64,000 bases of DNA, taken from positions 32,116,001 to 32,180,000 of the forward strand of contig NC_043008.1 of the NCBI RefSeq assembly GCF_006345805.1, in the 5' to 3' direction. The DNA comes from Octopus sinensis. Lineage: Eukaryota. Both the position numbers and the translations under genes were made by a program. Shown here piece by piece: positions 26,791 to 40,160 of the stretch; the first letter of the stretch is position 1, and every line of letters begins with the position of its first letter. The notes beneath the pieces are model-generated. The model worked only from the letters and a program-made list of their open reading frames with translations, was not told the DNA's origin and made no database searches.

Positions 26791-27174
26791 TCATTTTACA
26801 CACATGCACACACACACACACACACACACACACAAGAAAAAAAGGAAAAAAAGGATTAAAAAATCTAGGCAGATATCAATAAAGCACTCAGTTTTAAATG
26901 AATTTGGTTAACTATATCCAACAATCAGACACTCATAATTATTCATTGCCTTGAAAATGTTTACATGTATTTTCGGAAATATTAATTTCAATGATATTTT
27001 CAAGAATGCAGAGTCAATATTTAAAATATATTTTCATTAAAAGAAAATATTGACTCTGCATTCTTGAAATGTTACGTTGAGGGGATTTTTAACTTGGATT
27101 TCGTATGGCCCCCTGGACAATTGTTTCACAGCTTAACAAACATGTAACCTTTTATTCTTTTCCTTGTTTCCTTT

Positions 27175-27460
27175 AATATAGCCTCAGGCCGACCAAAGCC
27201 TTGTGAGTGGATTTATTAGATGGAAGCTGTTTATGTGTGTATATATGTGTATCTGTTTGCCCCTCCTCCTACCAGCACTTGACAACTGATGTTTGTGTGT
27301 TTATGTCCCTGTAACTTAGCAATTCAGCAAAAGAGACTGATAGAATAAGTTCTAGGCTTACAGAGAATAAGTCCTGGGGTTGATTTCTTTAACTAAAACC
27401 CTTTAAACATGGTGCTCCAGCATGGCCACAATCAAATGACTGAAACAAGTAAAAGAATAA
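27175..27460 (+). mobile_element. SINE family A, 5' truncated
   Basis: tatagcctcaggccgaccaaagccttgtgagtggattt ... ggtgctccagcatggccacaatcaaatgactgaaacaagtaaaag. Confidence 0.88.
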
Positions 27461-27598
27461 AAGGTTACATGTTTGTTAAGCTGTGAAACAATTGTTATTA
27501 AATATGAATTTTCAATGGTAAAATAAATTTTATCATAGTATATTTCCCTCATTATTTTTGATTTTATACACTCCCTATGTCTTTCTCTTGTATCATTC

Positions 27599-28178
27599 TG
27601 TAGGGACCTCACTTGGCCCTGCTTGTGCTTGTCAAAATGATCAGAGTAATCCTCTCCATACCAGATGATTGATGGGGAAACTCTTGACCCACAAGGACCT
27701 GTGCTGGTCAAGGAAAGGTCAATCCTTTGTTTAGGGTTTGACCTACATTACTGATCATAGTCTATATAACAGAGAGCATTTCCTATCTCTCCCTTTTTTG
27801 TGTCAGCCAGACAAAGGTGCAACACCCTCTTTTGGGTCAGCCGTGATCAAGAGCAGTACTTTTCCTTCACCCTTTGCCCAGCATACAAAGAGAAGCTTTC
27901 GGCCACAAGAAAGGCGATTCCCCCTTTATCCTTCTTTCCTTTCTAGTCAGCACCGTGCATTCTCTATTCTTTCACTCTCTACTGGCAGACAGCAACTTCT
28001 ACACTATCATCAACAACCAGTGAGCAAACTTGTTGTCACAGCCACTACAATTACTGCTGTATTTCTGACTACCTGTTGGGCAAATGAATAAATATATATA
28101 AATAATATTTCTTCCTTCTTGGTGTTGATTCTTCGATGTTCACTGGTTACTCTGATGTGAGAACCTTTAAGCGTTACA
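27599..28178 (+). mobile_element. Candidate solo LTR
   Basis: TGTA...TACA ends, internal TATATAA and AATAAA-like signals, higher GC than flanks; no TSD found. Confidence 0.4.
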
Positions 28179-28380
28179 TTTGCACACTACATTTGGTAGT
28201 GGGCTACATCATATTGACCTGATATGGCTCTCTCCTTTTATCAAGCATCAAGCTAATATACATCTTATACATGTCCTCACATTTGTTGCTTTTCTTTTTT
28301 TCATTTTTTATCCATTTATTTGAATTGTTTGTTTATTTGCATGGCTATATATATATACATACATACATACGTACATATAT

Positions 28381-28414
<34 letters not shown>

Positions 28415-29688
28415 AAAGGTCGTCAAGTATGAAATTTGTAGAAAAGAAAAGAAAGTTTGCTAATGTTTTATAAATACAAGGAATAGTTTTATTCATCAAA
28501 TTGACACCCATATTGTCAATACACTTTTGCCATTTCAGTGGTAACTTGTCCAGCACAGAACTGTAAAAGCCTGGCAATCAAGAGTCAGTAAAATCTTGGA
28601 AGACCTGTTTTACAACATCGTTGGAATTAAATTTTTTTCCTATCAAAAAGTTATCCAAATTCTGGAAGAAGTGGTAGTCAATGGAGGCAAGATCGGGTGG
28701 ATGATGGAGAACTTCCAACTCCAACTCCTGTAGTTTCGCCAATGTCATTTTTGTAACATGTGGTCTGGCATTGTCTTGCAATAAAATAGAAGTGGGTCTG
28801 TTGACTAATCTAGGCTATTTTTTGTAAGATTTTGTATCATTTGGTCCAGTTGGCTGCAGTATATTTCAGCCATGATTGATGAGCCAGGTTTAATGAAATC
28901 ATAATGGATCACATTTGCACTAGACCACCAAACACACACTACCAGCTTCTTTTGATGAATTTTGCTTTTTGGACTATGTTTTGGTGGCTCCTCTTTGTCC
29001 AACCATTGTGCTAAAAGTTTATGGTTGTTGCATGGGATCCGTTTCTCATCACATGTTACAATTCAATTCAAAAATGATTCATTTTTGTGAAGAGAAACTA
29101 GCATAATGCAGGCTTCCAAACATTATTGTTTCTGATTTTCATTGAGTTCATGTGGAAACCACTTATCCAACTTTTTCATTTTACCGATTTAAACTAGGTG
29201 AGTTGATATTGCTTGCTTGCTAACACCAAACAACAAAGATAATTCACGGGCACTTTGAAATGGATCTGATTCAATGGTGGCTTTCAGTTTGTCATTATCC
29301 ACCTTTGTTTCTAGTCAACCTCATTGCTCATTTGTGAGGTGAAAATTACCAGAATGAAATTTTACAAACCAATTTGATACTGTCTGCTGTGTAATAACAT
29401 TAGAATGAAATACCCCATTAATATTCTGAGCTGTCTGTGATGCTGTATTTCCAAGGAAGAACTCATATTTCAAAACTATGAATTTCTGACTTCTCCATCT
29501 CTAAACAAAAATAGCAAAAAACGATTTATGAATACTTTATACAGCACAAAATGAGTTAGAATAAAGAAATAGATGTGTCAGCTTTCTAACAAAAAATTAG
29601 AATTGTCAAAATATAGTAATGGTGTAAAATGAGCAGCTGTTAAAGTTTACCATATACCTTACTACAAATTTCATACTTGATGACCTAA
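28415..29688 (-). mobile_element. Near full-length mariner (DD34D-type) transposon, transposase pseudogenised
   Basis: About 27-bp TIRs (aggtc.tcaagtatgaaatttgta) in TA context; motifs K.KIHQKKL.VCVWWS, QDNARPH and LHHPPDLASIDYHFF. Confidence 0.92.
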
Positions 29689-30899
29689 TATATATGTATG
29701 TGTGTGTATATATATATATATATATATAGGTGTGTATGTATATATATATATATATGTATATATATCTATATATGTGCGTGCGTGTGTGTGTGCATGCGTG
29801 CGCATGTATGTATATATATATATGTATATATATCTATATATATATGTGTGCGTGTGTGTGTGTGTGCATGCGTGCGCGTGTATGTATATATATATATATA
29901 TATCAGAGACAGTGTACATTTAAACACATTAAGAAGTTTCCATCATAGGAATCCTTTATGCTAGAAAGAACAGCTAAAGTCCAAACCACTAACTAGGGAA
30001 AAATTTTCGAAGGGAATGAAACATAAAAACATTTACCATCTCTTTCCTGGACCATGGTTTCATTCCTATGATGGAAACCTCTTAATGTGTTTAAATGTAC
30101 ACTGTATCTTATATGAATAATATATAGTCTATTGACTAATTTTTCTATATGCTAGGCCACTGGTAGTAAAATTTCTAAAATCTTTATTACCCTAATATTA
30201 TTAATTGTAATGATTTCAATAATTTATATTAAGATTTTTATAATTGTATTCTTATCTTATATGTATTGAATTATAATATATATATGTATGTTATTAAGGT
30301 TCTCGTTTTTGTTAAATAAATAAATAAGTCAACATTCTAAAATCTTAAAGCTGATGAACCAACTAAATTGTTTCTCCATTTTCTTATATTTGTTTATAAA
30401 TTAATGGTAAAATATTTCTTTACCTTCACTCATTTAATACAATAAGTAAGTTAATTGCATTGCAATTAAAAACACTTGTGTATTAATAATTTGGGTATTG
30501 TACCAACAGTATATTGGATACATATTATCCCTTAGTGGGTTGGATTCACAACCCCTAACTTACTTGGTGTGTATATATATATACATATACACCCATTCAA
30601 CACCAGATTCTACAAAAAACCACCCTATTGTAGCAGTACTGGCACAAACTTTCCCATCATCCCCAAAAAGCAGGAGAAATCTCAGTGAAACAAAAATAAC
30701 ACAAACAACCGAGCAAACAGTCAGTGTAAGCACAACACCAGCCACCAAATACTTCTTAACCAGATAAATTCTTTTTTATCTATATGCAACCTGACAAAAA
30801 GAGATCTGGAAAAGTGTCTTGGCTACCACACAGCACCAGCCTCTGTTACTACTCTAGAGAAGAAACTCTCCTCCTCGCTGCCATTAAGCCATAAACCTT

Positions 30900-32460
30900 T
30901 TTTTTTTGACACCCATTTTTAAGTGCAATCAACCCATTATTCTTGTGTCAACATTTCTACTGAATGCTCAAGGCATTAGCCCTTCCTATTTCAACTCATG
31001 TTTCTGTCTATGAGATTCAGCAAAATTACCCTGGACTTCATGTTAAGTAACCATACAAACGCTATCCATGATATTACTGTAGAGAAAACTCTTCTCAGAT
31101 CACAATATGGTTCTTCGCAATCTGAGGTTTCCTTGCAGTCTGAGAAAAACCTGACTATCACCCACAGCACATTCCCTTCTTTGTCCTTACTGAAACTCAC
31201 CTTGATAACTTTCACCTGGAAGCTGAATTGAAAGTAAAAATTTTACCACCATTCAGGCAGACCATATTGGCAGAAGAATGGGGAGGGTTGCCATTTTCTT
31301 GCACGATTCATTTACTGCAGATACAGATATTTCATTCTCCAATGGTTACTGTGAATTAGTATCCTTATATAGTAAAACAAACGACTTAGTGATAATTAGT
31401 CTCTACAGGCCAATCTAAGCACCACTACGATGCTTCAATGAATAGCTCAAGAAAGCCAAGCCAAGTCTTTCATCAACCAGTGCAAAACTGTTAGCATTTT
31501 AATGATGGGTGATTTCAATCTCCCGTGTATTGACTGGACTACACATACACTGTAAACAGGGCTGTACATTTCAACCCCAGAGAAAGCAGCAGTGAAATCA
31601 CTGTCCAAATTCATGGATGAATTCTTCCTGTCTCAACTTGTGCTCGTCGTGCCTACGAGATTCAACAAAAACACCCTGGACTTAGTGTTAAGAAACCACA
31701 CAAACACTATCCATGATATTACAGTGGAGAAAACTCTTCTCTCAGACTGTGATATGGTTCTTAGTAGCCTGAGGTTTCAGTAACCTAGAGAAAAACCTGA
31801 CTATCACACACCAGCGCACCCTTTTGATCTCTTGGATCTCCACAAGGCTAGTTGGAAGGAAATCACAGACGATCTTTCGCTTGTTGATTGGTCTTTCTCA
31901 GATTCTCTCTCCCCAAGTAGCATTTCTGCATTGTGGCAGTTATTTGTGGACACTGTCACATACACATGTTCACACCACACTACACTATGGTCCATGGACA
32001 AAACAGAATGCCGGCTGCCTAAAAAAAATAAAAAGTCGCTTGTGAGAAAAATAAAAAGAATAAATAAGAAAATCAACAGACTAAAATATTGCCAGCTGCA
32101 TCACTCCCATCTGTCAGATGTAGCTCTACTAGACCAAAACTGTTTGAAGTCTCATTACCAATGGGAGAATAACTGAGAAGTGGACCATTGAGAAAATTAA
32201 ACTCAATCGCAAAGTTTTCTTCTCTTTCATCAAAAAATATAAGGTCACTGTCTCATCTGTCAAACCTCTGATTGCTAATGACAACACTCTCCATAATACT
32301 GCAGAAGACATGGTTGAGATTCTGTAAAAACAATACTGCTCTGCTTTCAGCAATCCCAGTATTGTTAACCTGGCCAACATATATGAAAAAACCCCACAGC
32401 ACACCCTTTCTGACATATCATTTGACACCTTGGACATCATAACACCTTGAACATCATTTG
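30900..32460 (+). mobile_element. CR1/L2-type LINE apurinic endonuclease and linker remnant
   Basis: LLNAQGI, FVLTETHL, GGVAIF, ISLYRP, MGDFNLPCIDW, PTR.NKNTLDLV, KINLNRKVFFSFIKK; many stops. Confidence 0.8.
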
Positions 32461-32895
32461 ACAATATTTTTTGTTTATCAATGGTAAAAGTGTAAAATTA
32501 GAAAAACATCGTTATAAGTTTCAATGTTGACAAATCAAAATGTTTCAATAGAAGCGGAAGCAACTGTTTAAAGATCTGAGAAACTGTAATTTCCCCTTTA
32601 TAACTATTTCAATTCTCACACTATTTTTTTTTTTCAGTATGACTTGTCGACCACCACTGAAATTAATGAACCTTGTACATTCTAACAAATTAATATACAG
32701 TTTTTAATTTCAAACTTGCACCTTCTGTTTTGAACATGATAATTTATCAACATTGAAACATTTTAATTTAACATCATTGAAACATTTCAGTTTGTCAACA
32801 TTGAAATATTTTGATTTGTCAACATTGAAACTTATAACAATGTTTTTCTAATTTTACACTTTTACCATTGATAAACAAAAAATATTGTTGAAACT
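32455..32895. mobile_element. AT-rich MITE with long TIRs
   Basis: 32460-32550 is inverted at 32800-32892. Confidence 0.75.
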
Positions 32896-33055
32896 AGTTT
32901 AGTATATATGTAAATAAATGTATTTTAAACATTTACGAGTTTTTGAAATTTAAGTGCATTTTCAGCAACACATTTTCCTATATATTTTCTTCTTGCATGG
33001 AAACACCACTCCCTCTTTTGCTATATATGTATATATATATATATAATATATATAT

Positions 33056-33110
<55 letters not shown>

Positions 33111-33281
33111 AATGTATATACAAGGGCTAGAAATTCGTAAGAAAAAAATTTCTTGAAAATTAATTTGCTAAGATAAAAAGTACTATTCGAGCATGGTCAA
33201 TGCCAGTACTGGTTGACTGGTCCCATGCTGGTGGCATGAAAAAAGCACCATTTGAGTTGTATGAATATTTATATATATATG

Positions 33282-33605
33282 TGTTATATTGCTCTAATTC
33301 AGTAATTCAGTTCTGTTCTGACTAGGTATCGAACTGAGTTTGGTGACTTCTGCCTTGTTTAGTAAATGTATTTGTATTTTGTTATTTTGTACAACTAATA
33401 GTTCTAATTTGCATACTGCTTTGTTTTGCACATGGATTTTTGGGTTCTGCTTTAATCAGCGTGTATTTTTGAGTATATATATATATTGCTGACATGTTCA
33501 CTCCATTATTGCTCAACTTGCTGGATGAGTTAGATGGACAGGACTAGTTTTCACGTGGATAAGTCTGTATTAAAACATAGCAGAGTTATTTTGGTGATGA
33601 AGATG
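33282..33605 (+). mobile_element. LTR (TG..CA, 33282-33582) followed by a PBS-like TGGTGATGAAG
   Basis: TGTTAT..ATAGCA termini; the last about 55 bp plus PBS are the inverted homologue of 34515-34595. Confidence 0.55.
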
Positions 33606-33609
33606 AGAT

Positions 33610-34616
33610 GTTTTCCTGCAATGGTAACACTTCCATTTCAAATTGTCTTCAGCCCCCTTAGAACTTGCGGTTTTTTTACCTGTAGATTTAAAACATTTAA
33701 CCTTTTGTACCTGCATAGGAGTAGAACTGTAGATAGTTTCTTTAGCAACTTTAGCAGCATTCTCTGTCTCAACAACAACTTCAATGGTTCGATTGAATGT
33801 AAGTTCATTGGCGTTGATTTTGAAAAGTGCTTTTAGCACAGCTTCGTTGTTGACTGAGCAAATGAAACATGTTCACAACGCTTTGTCAAGAGGATCCTTG
33901 ATTGCCATAAAATCACAGGTAGCAGCAGCCTGGCAAATGCAAGTAGCTAATTCTTGAATTGACTCACCCAGTTTGTGCTTCATGTTGCTCCAGAAGCAAA
34001 ATCTCTCATGCACAACAAATCATTTCGGATCAAATTGTTGCTTCATGTAGTTGGAGATTTGGTCCATCGTAAGATCATTGATGTCTCTTGGAGGTGTTTC
34101 TTGTGCTACCAGATTGGATAACATCTTGTACACAGTAGAAGTTTCATTGTAAGGAAAACTTTAGGTTTCTTACTGTCAGGAACTGAATGCACCTTGGTAA
34201 AAGTGCAAAACCTTGACCAGTAGTCAGTCCATAGATCTGTAGTATAATCGAACACAGAAAAACTGGGTGCGGCAACTTGAGAAGTAGAAACGACCGACTC
34301 AAACCCAGCACTTGTGAAGGTTTCCAATCATCCCTTGTAAGACTTTCATTTGCTCTTCATGACGGTGCTGTTGTTCTTTACTTTGTTCTTCGTAATGGCA
34401 TTCTTGATCTTCCAAGCGTTTCTCTTGAATGGAAATTTGCTGTTGTAGAAGTTCAACAAGCTTTTCCATTTTGTAATATACAGTAAGCAATGCTGATTAA
34501 ATCAAACAGCAGATCTCGTCCTTGTCACCAAAATAACTCTGTTATGTTTTAATACAGACTTATCCATGTGAAAACTCGTTCAGCCAGTCCATCAAGATCT
34601 GTATTAAAGCATAACA
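33610..34616 (-). mobile_element. Ty3/Gypsy gag remnant with PBS and a 77-bp LTR-like hairpin
   Basis: gag: FD..TDLWTDYWSRF.TF...HSVPD, QFDPK.FVV.ERF.FWS.MK, NNEAVLKALFKI..NELTF, C-terminal KCYHCRKTSH knuckle; PBS TGGTGACAAGGACGAG. Confidence 0.85.
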
Positions 34617-34747
34617 ATATGTATATATATATATGTGTGTGTGTGTGTATATATATATATATGTATATGTGTGTGTGTGTATATATATATGCACATACAT
34701 ATATATATATATACATATTGTTATTTTGTTATATACATATATATACA

Positions 34748-34890
34748 TGGCGTTAGGAAGGGCATCCAGCCGTAGAAACACTGCCAGATTTGACTGGGCC
34801 TGATGAAGCCTTCTGGCTTCACAGACCCCAGTAGAACCGTCCAACCCATGCTAGCATGGAAAACGGACGCTAAATGATGATGATGATGAT
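34748..34890 (+). mobile_element. RTE-type 3' tail fragment ending in (GAT)n
   Basis: ggcgttaggaagggcatccagccgtagaaa..aacccatgctagcatggaaaacggacgctaaatgatgatgatg. Confidence 0.85.
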
Positions 34891-34893
34891 GAT

Positions 34894-34924
<31 letters not shown>

Positions 34925-34984
34925 CACACATATATATATATATATACATATTTTATATATGTATATGTGTATATATATATATAG

Positions 34985-35019
<35 letters not shown>

Positions 35020-35085
35020 TATATATATGTATATATATGTATGTATATGTATATATATATATATGTATGTATATGTATATATATA

Positions 35086-35125
<40 letters not shown>

Positions 35126-35409
35126 TATATTTATATAAATATGTATATATATGAATATGTATATATATGAATATGTATATACATGTATATGTATATATAT
35201 AAATATGTATATGTATATATATATGTATATATATATATATGTATATGTATGTATATATGTATAGGTATGTATATATATATATGTATATGTATGTATATAT
35301 GTATAGGTATGTATATATATATGTATATATGTATGTATATGTATGTATATATGTATAGGTATGTATATGTATATATATATATATTATATATATATGTATA
35401 TATATATGC

Positions 35410-35441
<32 letters not shown>

Positions 35442-35730
35442 ATATATATATATATATAAATATGTATATATATGTATGTATATATGTATGTATATGTATA
35501 TATATGTATATGTATATATATAAATATGTATATTATATATATATGTATATATATATATGTATATGTATGTATATATGTATAGGTATGTATATATATATAT
35601 GTATATGTATGTATATATGTATAGGTATGTATATATATATGTATATATGTATGTATATGTATGTATATATGTATAGGTATGTATATGTATATATATATAT
35701 ATATATGTATGTATGAATATGTATATATAT
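34890..35730. repeat. Compound (TA)/(TATG) microsatellite containing an about 312-bp internal duplication
   Basis: The TATAGGTATG-marked block recurs at about 35260-35370 and 35575-35680. Confidence 0.85.
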
Positions 35731-35929
35731 CTCTTTCTCTTTTACTTGTTTCAGTCATTTGACTGTGGCCATGCTGGAGCACTGCCTTTTAGTCGAGCAA
35801 ATCGACTCCAGGACTTATTCTTTGTAAGCCTAGTACTTATCCTATTGGTCTCTTTTGCCAAACCGCTAAGTAACGGGGACGTAAACACACCAGCATCGGT
35901 TGTCAAGCGACACACAAACACACACACAC

Positions 35930-35965
<36 letters not shown>

Positions 35966-36127
35966 GACGGGCTTCTTTCAGTTTCCGTCTACCAAATCCA
36001 CTCACAAGGCTTTGGTCAGCCTGAGGCTATAATAGAAGACACTTGCCCAAGGTGCCATGCAGTGGGACTGAACCCGGAACTGTGTGGCTGGTAAGCAGGC
36101 TACTTACCAGACAGCCACTCCTGCACC

Positions 36128-36128
<1 letters not shown>
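35731..36128 (-). mobile_element. SINE family A, full length
   Basis: Same structure as 11944-12333. Confidence 0.92.
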
Positions 36129-36158
<30 letters not shown>

Positions 36159-36229
36159 TTGTGTGTATATGTATATATATATGTATGTTTGTGTGTATAT
36201 GTGAATATATATATGTATGTGTATATGTG

Positions 36230-36273
<44 letters not shown>

Positions 36274-37425
36274 ATATGGCCTCTCACACTTACCCTGCAA
36301 TGTCATCACATCAACTATGACATCATTGAAGTCACAAAACCATAAGATATTGCATGACTAATTTAAAACAATGATAATGAATAAGCCTTAGATTTGACTG
36401 AGAAATGTGAATGCTAAAGGGTTAATAACATCAAGGACTGGGCAGGTCACAATACAACGACCCTGTTATGCATAACAATAAACAGAGAACAGTGGTTAAC
36501 CAGTATCTAGAGTGGCACTTCAGTGACTGGCTGCATCAGTTAAGGGATCTTGAAGATGATGATTTACACTTTAGTCATCAGATGTTTACAAGTTATACAA
36601 TATGATTTGTAAACGTCCAATCATTAAAGAAGAAAATAAGGACCAAAAACGTAATTCTTATTAATTTTTACTAATAGCTATATAATAATCTGCTTGTTCT
36701 TTCACCCATTATACTCTAGTTAGTTAGAGGTAGAGGTAGAGTGAGTAGAGGTGGTGTGAGAGTGTGTGTGCATATGTGATCAGCGAAGAAGGAGGTGAGG
36801 AAATAGTAGAGAAAGGGGTATAATAAGGCAAATGCGTTACGTGGTTAGTTGAATCGAGAGGCAAAGAGTGAGAGAAAAAGACAGTAAGAGAAAAGAGGGA
36901 GAGAAAAGTGTTAACAACGTGCTGTAACAACGTGTAGGTTGGGGAGGGAAAGGTAAAGAGAAAGAGATATGTTTAGGATACAACATTTAGCAGAGGGTAA
37001 TGTTCTGGTGGTGAGGTTAAAGACAGGCAGACAAAGAGAGATGGGAAGGGGAGGCAGTTATACTAAGTGAGAGAGTTAGGTGAAGAAAAAGAGAGAAATA
37101 TTAAAGACATGAAGATGGGAATTACATGGTTAAAAAGTTTGTTGAAGAAGTGGAGAGAAAAAGAGAAATATAAAGTGTATAGTAGAGGGAAATTTTAAAA
37201 TATATCATTGTGATTGGGAGTGAAATACTTAGCAAAATAAAAATAAAAATTCAAATTATCCTTTCTTAACTAGTTTCTCTTTATCATTTTCATTCTGTAG
37301 AATTTCCACAGGTCTCACTAATACATTGTTGTACCAGGAAGTTTCTGTTTCTGCTTCTATTTCTGTTATGCATACATACATACATACACACATAAATACA
37401 AAAATATATATATGTATTATGTATA

Positions 37426-37984
37426 CAAAGTGGCCCAAAAGTAGGTTTACAGTTATTCAACTATCTCTTTCTCTTTCATATATTAACAGTTTAGATCTTA
37501 ATTATAAAAAAAATATGAAACCATTATTGCATGCTAATTTAGTTAATTTTGTCAAGCCCCCTTTTCAGTTTGTAATTGTTTTTTAATTTTACCAAAATCT
37601 GGACGCCTTAAGACTTCTGTGACTTAAAAAAAAAATGAGATGTTAGTGGCTATGACATTTGTGAACAGTTCAAAGAAGTTCACACAACATGCTTCTCTAG
37701 AACTATCCATACCAAGAACATCATTGCAACAACTAATGCATAAGCTGAAATTTAAACCTTTCTGTCCACGACTGGTACATAGTGTCAGAGTGCTCTGAAG
37801 AGGTTTGAAGAATGTTGCAATGTTGAAGGAGGACATTTTGAGCATCTGAGAGATTAAACATTGTCTGTTTCAGATGTGCATAAACAATATGATTGTAAGA
37901 TAGAAATTTAAATGTAATGAAATGTTTGAAAAGAATTTTAAAGTGCCTATGTGATAACTGTAAACCTACTTTTGGGCCACCCTG
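37426..37984 (-). mobile_element. Tc1/mariner deletion derivative
   Basis: About 30-bp TIRs CA(A/G)(A/G)GTGGCCCAAAAGTAGGTTTACAGTTA; left TA present; decayed coding interior. Confidence 0.75.
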
Positions 37985-38039
37985 TTTATCTATGTATTTA
38001 CCCATATATATATATTTGTCTAATTTTTTTCGTTTATAG

Positions 38040-38231
38040 ATTTATCATGCTCAAACTATAATGGGCTCATACCGTATAATGAGAACTGCAACTGGTATTA
38101 CAACTGCAGCTCAGACGATCCAGATTTAATTCGTAAATGCCCTTTCCCTCAACTTTTTAATGATGTACAATTAAAATGTGATGACATCCCAAATGTCAAC
38201 TGTGGTAACCGTTTCGAACCTTTTGATAGAT
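38040..38231 (+). CDS. Internal exon (192 bp, phase 1-1) encoding one peritrophin-A/CBM14 chitin-binding domain
   Basis: ctaatttttttcgtttatAG acceptor and GTAAGT donor; reads (x)LSCSNYNGLIPYNENCNWYYNCSSDDPDLIRKCPFPQLFNDVQLKCDDIPNVNCGNRFEPFDR, a six-Cys CBM14 spacing. Not in the ORF track (no ATG). Confidence 0.9.
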
Positions 38232-38654
38232 GTAAGTATATGTTGTTGTTGTTCTTATTGCATTTTTGCTACTGTTTTCTGTATTTATTGTTGTTCTTGA
38301 TATTATGTAGCCGAATTGAATGGACTTATGAAACAACCCATTATATCTGCAGATTCATTGCTACACATATCCCAAATTTCCATTAAATTGTTACTATTTT
38401 CTAAACCCAGGTAAGCTCTGATTCAACAGAACTTTGATCAAAGGGATGCCATTTCTGACTATCTCATCCATTTCTCAAATACAATGCACCCAGTCCTACA
38501 TTATCCAGGTTAGATGTCCAAAGTTAGATGTGGAATGAAGTGCATATAGAAATAAATGTCAGAAAGCTGTTTATTAATAAAGCATAGTAATTTTATTTGG
38601 ATTGCTGACAAGTGCTGAGCAAAGTGAACGTGTATGCAGGAGTCAGAGGGAAGC

Positions 38655-39170
38655 CATGAAAACTTATAACTTAGAATAACTTAGAAAGGTTTTGGCCAGT
38701 ATTGGCCCAGGCCATGTCTAACTTAATAGCACCACCGTGGCGAAGTCTTTCATTCAAGTTTGGGCACCGAGGCCCATTCGGCAGAGAGTTATTGTTTGCG
38801 GAGACATATCCGGGTGTGGGTGGTTTGTCCGGGACTGTTTGAAGGAATTTGTCCAAAGACTTCTTGAATTTTGTGTGGTCAGTTTCTGTTTTGACGTTTC
38901 CTGGTGTAATGTTGAAGAGAGCGGGGCCAATTGAGGTGAAATAATTGTGCCGTATTCTTGTTATGAGATGCGATTTAGATTTTTGTTGTGGACGGATGGC
39001 ACAGGGTCCAAGTCTTGGGTGTATTTTGAAGGTAATGCCAACATCATTTGGACAGTGCTGATGGAATATTTTCCACATCATACAAATAATGTAGCATTCA
39101 CATGTTGGAGTGAATAGAGTTTCAGCTTTTCTAGTCAACCCCAGTAGTCAAGGTCTGACATGACATCTAT
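38655..39170 (-). mobile_element. CR1-like LINE 3' end with short tandem tail
   Basis: HPRLG...RHNYFTSIGPALFNITP...FKKSLDKFLQTVPDKP.TPGY..AN.NSL; tail (AAGTTAT)-like repeats at 38661-38690. Confidence 0.8.
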
Positions 39171-39489
39171 CATTTTTGTGATTGACCTTTGGGGAGCTTT
39201 AATTTTCATAATGTTTTGTTTCATGTAAGGACACCACAGTGGACAGGAGTATTAAAGGTGGGATCAGGCAAAAGTGGAGAAGAGAAGGATAATGGTGTGG
39301 GAATCTCTCAACTGAAAGGTTCTGAGAATCCAGGAACACATTCTGCGGGCCATGTGAACTTTGCTGCTTATATGTGTAGCCGAGCTTATGTTGTTGTATA
39401 TCGCAGGACAACCTGCTGTGCTTACCTTGGATTGTAGAGTGACCTGCTGTACATCAACATCAAAAAATCAAATGGAAATTGTAGTTGTG

Positions 39490-39745
39490 ATACCTGTGCT
39501 GGTGGCACGTAAAAAGCACCAACTGATTGTGGCCGCTGCCAGCCTCCCCTGGCACCTGTGCCAGTGGCACGTAAAAATCACCCACTACACTCACGGAGTG
39601 GTTGGTGTTAGGAAGAGCATCAAGCTGTAGAAACACTGCCAGATCAGACTGGAGCCTGGTGCAGCCTCCTGGCTTCCCAGACCCCGGTCGAAATGTCCAA
39701 CCCATGCTAGCATGGATAACGGACGTTAAGCTATGATGATGATAA
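39490..39745 (+). mobile_element. RTE-type 3' UTR/short retroposon
   Basis: gtggcacgtaaaaagcacc occurs twice; same (GAT)n-terminated tail. Confidence 0.85.
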
Positions 39746-39944
39746 TGTTAAATATATTATATATATATATATATATATATGTCTATACAGATATATGTAT
39801 GTATATAACTTATAAATAAGGGCAAATGAAAAATATTCTAATGCCAAATATGCCGAAATTAGACACCCTGTCCATAACCCTATGATTTCGGCATATTTGG
39901 CATTAGAAATTTTTTTTTGTTGCCCTTATTTATCAGTTGTTTAT

Positions 39945-40044
39945 NNNNNNNNNNNNNNNNNNNNNNNNNNNNNNNNNNNNNNNNNNNNNNNNNNNNNNNN
40001 NNNNNNNNNNNNNNNNNNNNNNNNNNNNNNNNNNNNNNNNNNNN
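39945..40044. other. Assembly gap (100 N)
   Basis: Run of exactly 100 N, typically a placeholder for a gap of unknown size. Confidence 0.99.
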
Positions 40045-40160
40045 TATATATATATATCTTCTATATCATATACTCTGTATATATATAGCATATATATATC
40101 TATCTATATCTATATATTACATATAAATATATATATATTCTATATTCATATAAATATATA

